Part shown: positions 60,876 to 64,000 of the stretch, piece by piece
Layout: each line of letters opens with the position of its first letter
How positions within the stretch are numbered: position 1 is the stretch's first letter
NCBI GenBank assembly: GCA_965116475.1
Contig: OZ220691.1
Coordinates: 2,304,001 to 2,368,000 of the forward strand
From: Gemmatimonadota bacterium
GTDB lineage: Bacteria; Gemmatimonadota; Gemmatimonadetes; Palauibacterales; Palauibacteraceae
Reading direction: 5' to 3'
Length of the DNA stretch: 64,000 nt
Made by a program: the position numbers and the translations under genes
Notes under the pieces: model-generated
Told to the model about the DNA's origin: nothing
Databases searched by the model: none
What the model saw: only the letters and a program-made list of their open reading frames with translations

Positions 60876-63800
60876 ATGACCCGAATCGCACGGACCCTGC
60901 TCGCGCTGGCGCTGCTCGGCGCCTCCGCCCCGGCGGGCGCGCACGCCCAACCCGTCGACGACGCGTGGCTCGATCTCCTCGAGTGGCGCTCGATCGGACC
61001 CACCCGCGGCGGCCGCGTGCTCGGCGTGGCCGGGCACCCCTTGGACGACCTCGTCTTCTTTCAGGGCGTCGCCGGCGGTGGCGTCTGGAAGACCGAGGAC
61101 GGCGGGGCGAACTGGCGAAACGTCTCCGACGGCTATTTCGGCACGGGCTCCGTCGGGGCCGTAGAGGTCAGCCGTTCCCGCCCCGACATCGTCTACGTCG
61201 GCATGGGCGAGGCGTGCATCCGCGGCAACGCCTCGCACGGCGACGGCGTCTACCGCTCCGACGACGGGGGGGCGACCTGGCGGCACCTCGGGCTCGCGGA
61301 GACGCTCCAGATCGCCCGCGTGCGCGTCCATCCGGCGAACCCCGACATCGCCTGGGTGGCCGCGCTCGGCGACGCGTGGGGCCCGAGCGAGGCGCGCGGC
61401 GTCTACCGCACCCGCGACGGCGGCGCGACCTGGGAGAAGGTTCTGTACCGGGACGAGAACTCGGGTGCGATCGACCTCGTCCTCGATCCGGCGAACCCCG
61501 ACGTCCTGTACGCGTCACTGCTGGAACTGAGGCGCTTCCCCTGGGGCTTCCGCAGCGCGGGCCCCGGCACCGGACTGTTCAAGAGCACGGACGGCGGCGA
61601 CACGTGGGCCGAGCTGACCGACAACCCCGGCCTCCCATCCGGCCTCAAGGGGCGGATCGGCATCGCCGTCTCGCCGCGGAACTCAGGCCGTCTGTGGGCG
61701 ATCGTCGACGCGGTGCGCGGTGCGAAGGGGATCTTCCGCTCCGACGACGCGGGAGAGACGTGGACGCGCGTCAACGAAGACGCCAACCTCCTCCAGCGCC
61801 CGTGGTACTACCACCACATCGTCGCGGACCCCGCCGACGAGAACACCGTCTTCGTCCTTAACGTTTTCCTCTGGAAGTCGACGGACGGCGGCGAGACTTT
61901 CGAGCGCGTGTTCACGCCGCACCCGGATCACCACGACCTGTGGATCGACCCCGCGAATCCGCGGCGGATGGTCAACGGGAGCGACGGCGGCGCCTCGGTG
62001 AGCTTCGACGGCGGCCTCTCGTGGTCGAGTCTTCTCAACCAGTCGACGGCGCAACTGTACCACGTGACCGCCGACCACCAGACGCCGTACCGGCTCTACG
62101 CCTCCCAGCAGGACAACACGTCGATCTCCGTCCCCGTCCGCTCGGACTTCGGCCGCATCGGCATCGAAGACTGGTACACCGTGGGCGGGGGCGAGGACGG
62201 CTACATCGCGGTGAACACCGAGGACCCGAACATCGTCTACGCGGGAGACCACCACTGGGTGTACCGGTACGACCACCGCAACCGGCAGGTACGGGACATC
62301 TCCCCGAACCCCGAGACGCACTACGGCTGGGGCTCGGCCGACATCAACTACCGGTTCTGGTGGACGTACCCGGTGATGACGTCGCCGCACGACCCGAACG
62401 TCCTCTACGTGACCTCGCAGCACGTCCACCGGACGACGGACGAGGGCCACAGCTGGGAGGTCATCAGCCCCGACCTCACGCGCGCCGACCCGCGGACGCT
62501 GGAGCCGACGCCCGCGTACGAGAACGAGGATACGGGAGAATACTGGGGGCCGATCACGCGGGAGGCTTACGGGCCCGAGTGGTACGCGACGATCTTCGCG
62601 TTCGCCGAGTCGCCGCTCGAGCCGGGGCTCCTGTGGGCGGGCTCGGACGACGGATACATCCACGTGTCGCGCGACGGCGGCGCGAACTGGCAGGACGTGA
62701 CGATCCCGGACCTGCCCGAGTTCGCGTTGATTTCCATCCTCGAGCCGTCGCTGCACGATCCCGCGACGGCGTACGTCGCCGCGACGCGGTACAAGCTCTC
62801 CGACCACGCCCCGTACCTGTACCGGACCACGGACTACGGGGAGACGTGGACCCGGATCACGTCGGGGATCCCGGACAACGACTTCACGCGCGTCATCCGG
62901 GAGGATCCGGGCCGGGCCGGACTCCTGTACGCCGGCACCGAACGCACCGTCCACGTTTCGTTCGACGCCGGGGACTCCTGGCAGCCGCTGAGCCTCAACC
63001 TCCCGGTCGTCCCCATCCACAACCTCGTGCTCCGGGACGGCGACCTCGCGGCGGCCACGCACGGGCGCTCGTTCTGGGTCCTGGACAACGTGGACCTGCT
63101 CCATCAGCTCGAGGCCGGGGCAGGGGAGAGCGCAGCGGCGAGCGAGCCGAGGCTCTTCCGTCCGCCGACCACGACGCGCTTCAACCCGGGCGCCTCCCCC
63201 GCCGCCCTGTTCTCGACCATGGGCCGGCCGGGCGCGGGCGATCCGGCCGGCGCGAATCCGCCGGACGGCGTCGTGATCCCGTACTACCTGCCGGAGTCCG
63301 TGCCGGGCGGAGTGACGCTGCGGATCCGCGAGGGGGGTGCGCTGATCCGCGAGTTTTCGAGCGAAACGGCGGCGGCGTCACCGGCAATGGACTTCTTCGG
63401 CCTCGGCGGCGGCGGCGCGGCGCTCTCAGCCGATGCCGGCGCGCACACCTTCGTGTGGGATCTGCGCGTCGAGCCGGCCGACGTGCTCGACGACGCCGTC
63501 TTCCAGGGAAGCGCCCAGGGTCCCCGCGTGCCGCCCGGCGATTACACCGTCGAACTCGAGTTCGGCGGCCGCACGCTCACCCAGCCGTTCGCGGTCGTAC
63601 GCGATCCGAGGGTGGATGTGACGGACGAGGAACTGCGCGCCCAGTTCGAGTTCCTGCTGGAGGCGAGGGACCGCCTGACCGAGACGATGGAACTCGTGGC
63701 GAGGATCCGGGATCTGCGGACCCGGGCCGAGGACGCCGTGGAGCGCGGCGGCGGCGGAGACCGCCTGCGGGCCGCGCTCTCGGAGCTCAACGGCGAACTC

Positions 63801-64000
63801 TACCCCGTCGAGGAACGCCTCGTGCAGTACCGGGCGCGCGCCGGCCAGGACCTGATCGCGAACCCCACCGCCATCGACAGCAAGCTGGCGCGGCTCATGG
63901 GATTCGCTTCAATGGGAGATGGCCCGCCGACGCAGGGACAACTGGACCTGCTGGCCCGGCTCGCCGCCGGCATCGAGGAGCGCGCGGCGGCGGTGGACGA
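60876..64000 (+). CDS. VPS10/BNR repeat glycosyl-hydrolase-like protein, 3' partial
   Basis: Absent from the ORF track because it has no stop in the window. Translation gives MTRIARTLLALALLG..., WRSIGPTRGGRV, repeated DGG.TW Asp-boxes, DHHDLWIDP, QQDN and ATHGRSFW. Alternative start at 60858. Confidence 0.9.
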   Translation, partial: MTRIARTLLALALLGASAPAGAHAQPVDDAWLDLLEWRSIGPTRGGRVLGVAGHPLDDLVFFQGVAGGGVWKTEDGGANWRNVSDGYFGTGSVGAVEVSRSRPDIVYVGMGEACIRGNASHGDGVYRSDDGGATWRHLGLAETLQIARVRVHPANPDIAWVAALGDAWGPSEARGVYRTRDGGATWEKVLYRDENSGAIDLVLDPANPDVLYASLLELRRFPWGFRSAGPGTGLFKSTDGGDTWAELTDNPGLPSGLKGRIGIAVSPRNSGRLWAIVDAVRGAKGIFRSDDAGETWTRVNEDANLLQRPWYYHHIVADPADENTVFVLNVFLWKSTDGGETFERVFTPHPDHHDLWIDPANPRRMVNGSDGGASVSFDGGLSWSSLLNQSTAQLYHVTADHQTPYRLYASQQDNTSISVPVRSDFGRIGIEDWYTVGGGEDGYIAVNTEDPNIVYAGDHHWVYRYDHRNRQVRDISPNPETHYGWGSADINYRFWWTYPVMTSPHDPNVLYVTSQHVHRTTDEGHSWEVISPDLTRADPRTLEPTPAYENEDTGEYWGPITREAYGPEWYATIFAFAESPLEPGLLWAGSDDGYIHVSRDGGANWQDVTIPDLPEFALISILEPSLHDPATAYVAATRYKLSDHAPYLYRTTDYGETWTRITSGIPDNDFTRVIREDPGRAGLLYAGTERTVHVSFDAGDSWQPLSLNLPVVPIHNLVLRDGDLAAATHGRSFWVLDNVDLLHQLEAGAGESAAASEPRLFRPPTTTRFNPGASPAALFSTMGRPGAGDPAGANPPDGVVIPYYLPESVPGGVTLRIREGGALIREFSSETAAASPAMDFFGLGGGGAALSADAGAHTFVWDLRVEPADVLDDAVFQGSAQGPRVPPGDYTVELEFGGRTLTQPFAVVRDPRVDVTDEELRAQFEFLLEARDRLTETMELVARIRDLRTRAEDAVERGGGGDRLRAALSELNGELYPVEERLVQYRARAGQDLIANPTAIDSKLARLMGFASMGDGPPTQGQLDLLARLAAGIEERAAAVD

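Overview
High-GC bacterial chromosome segment. The gene content (S9 peptidases, VPS10/BNR proteins, DUF885, TonB receptors, NHL and HupE/UreJ proteins) suggests Gemmatimonadota; this is inference, not a database result. From left to right it holds: CBM9-like and GH10-like genes, an S9 peptidase, an aldolase-SDR fusion, a serine hydrolase and an amidohydrolase; tRNA-Arg(CCT) followed by a lower-GC islet with a split S8 protease; a TonB receptor; a long + strand run (DUF885, HAD, UDG, S9, VPS10, OMP, ligA, polX, GntR); a tRNA cluster (Gln plus 3 Ser); queC and pncA-pncB; a monoheme cytochrome/beta-barrel fusion paired with a cupredoxin-like protein behind a Fur-like box; a Fur/COG0523/flavoprotein metal locus; a gamma-glutamyltransferase; a quinohemoprotein amine dehydrogenase cluster with all structural and maturation genes (qhpG-[repeat ORF]-qhpA-D-C-B-F-E), extended upstream by lectin-like, PAL-like NHL and HupE/UreJ genes; two tandem PAL-like lipoproteins; a second TonB receptor; and a partial VPS10 gene. 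The best candidates for undescribed biology are the variant QhpC (extra Cys, Phe-Trp instead of Trp-Trp) with its extended operon, the cytochrome-barrel plus cupredoxin pair, the orphan PAL-like trio, the Cys-tailed flavoprotein in the Zn-chaperone operon, and the split subtilase. Family assignments come from motif recognition by eye.
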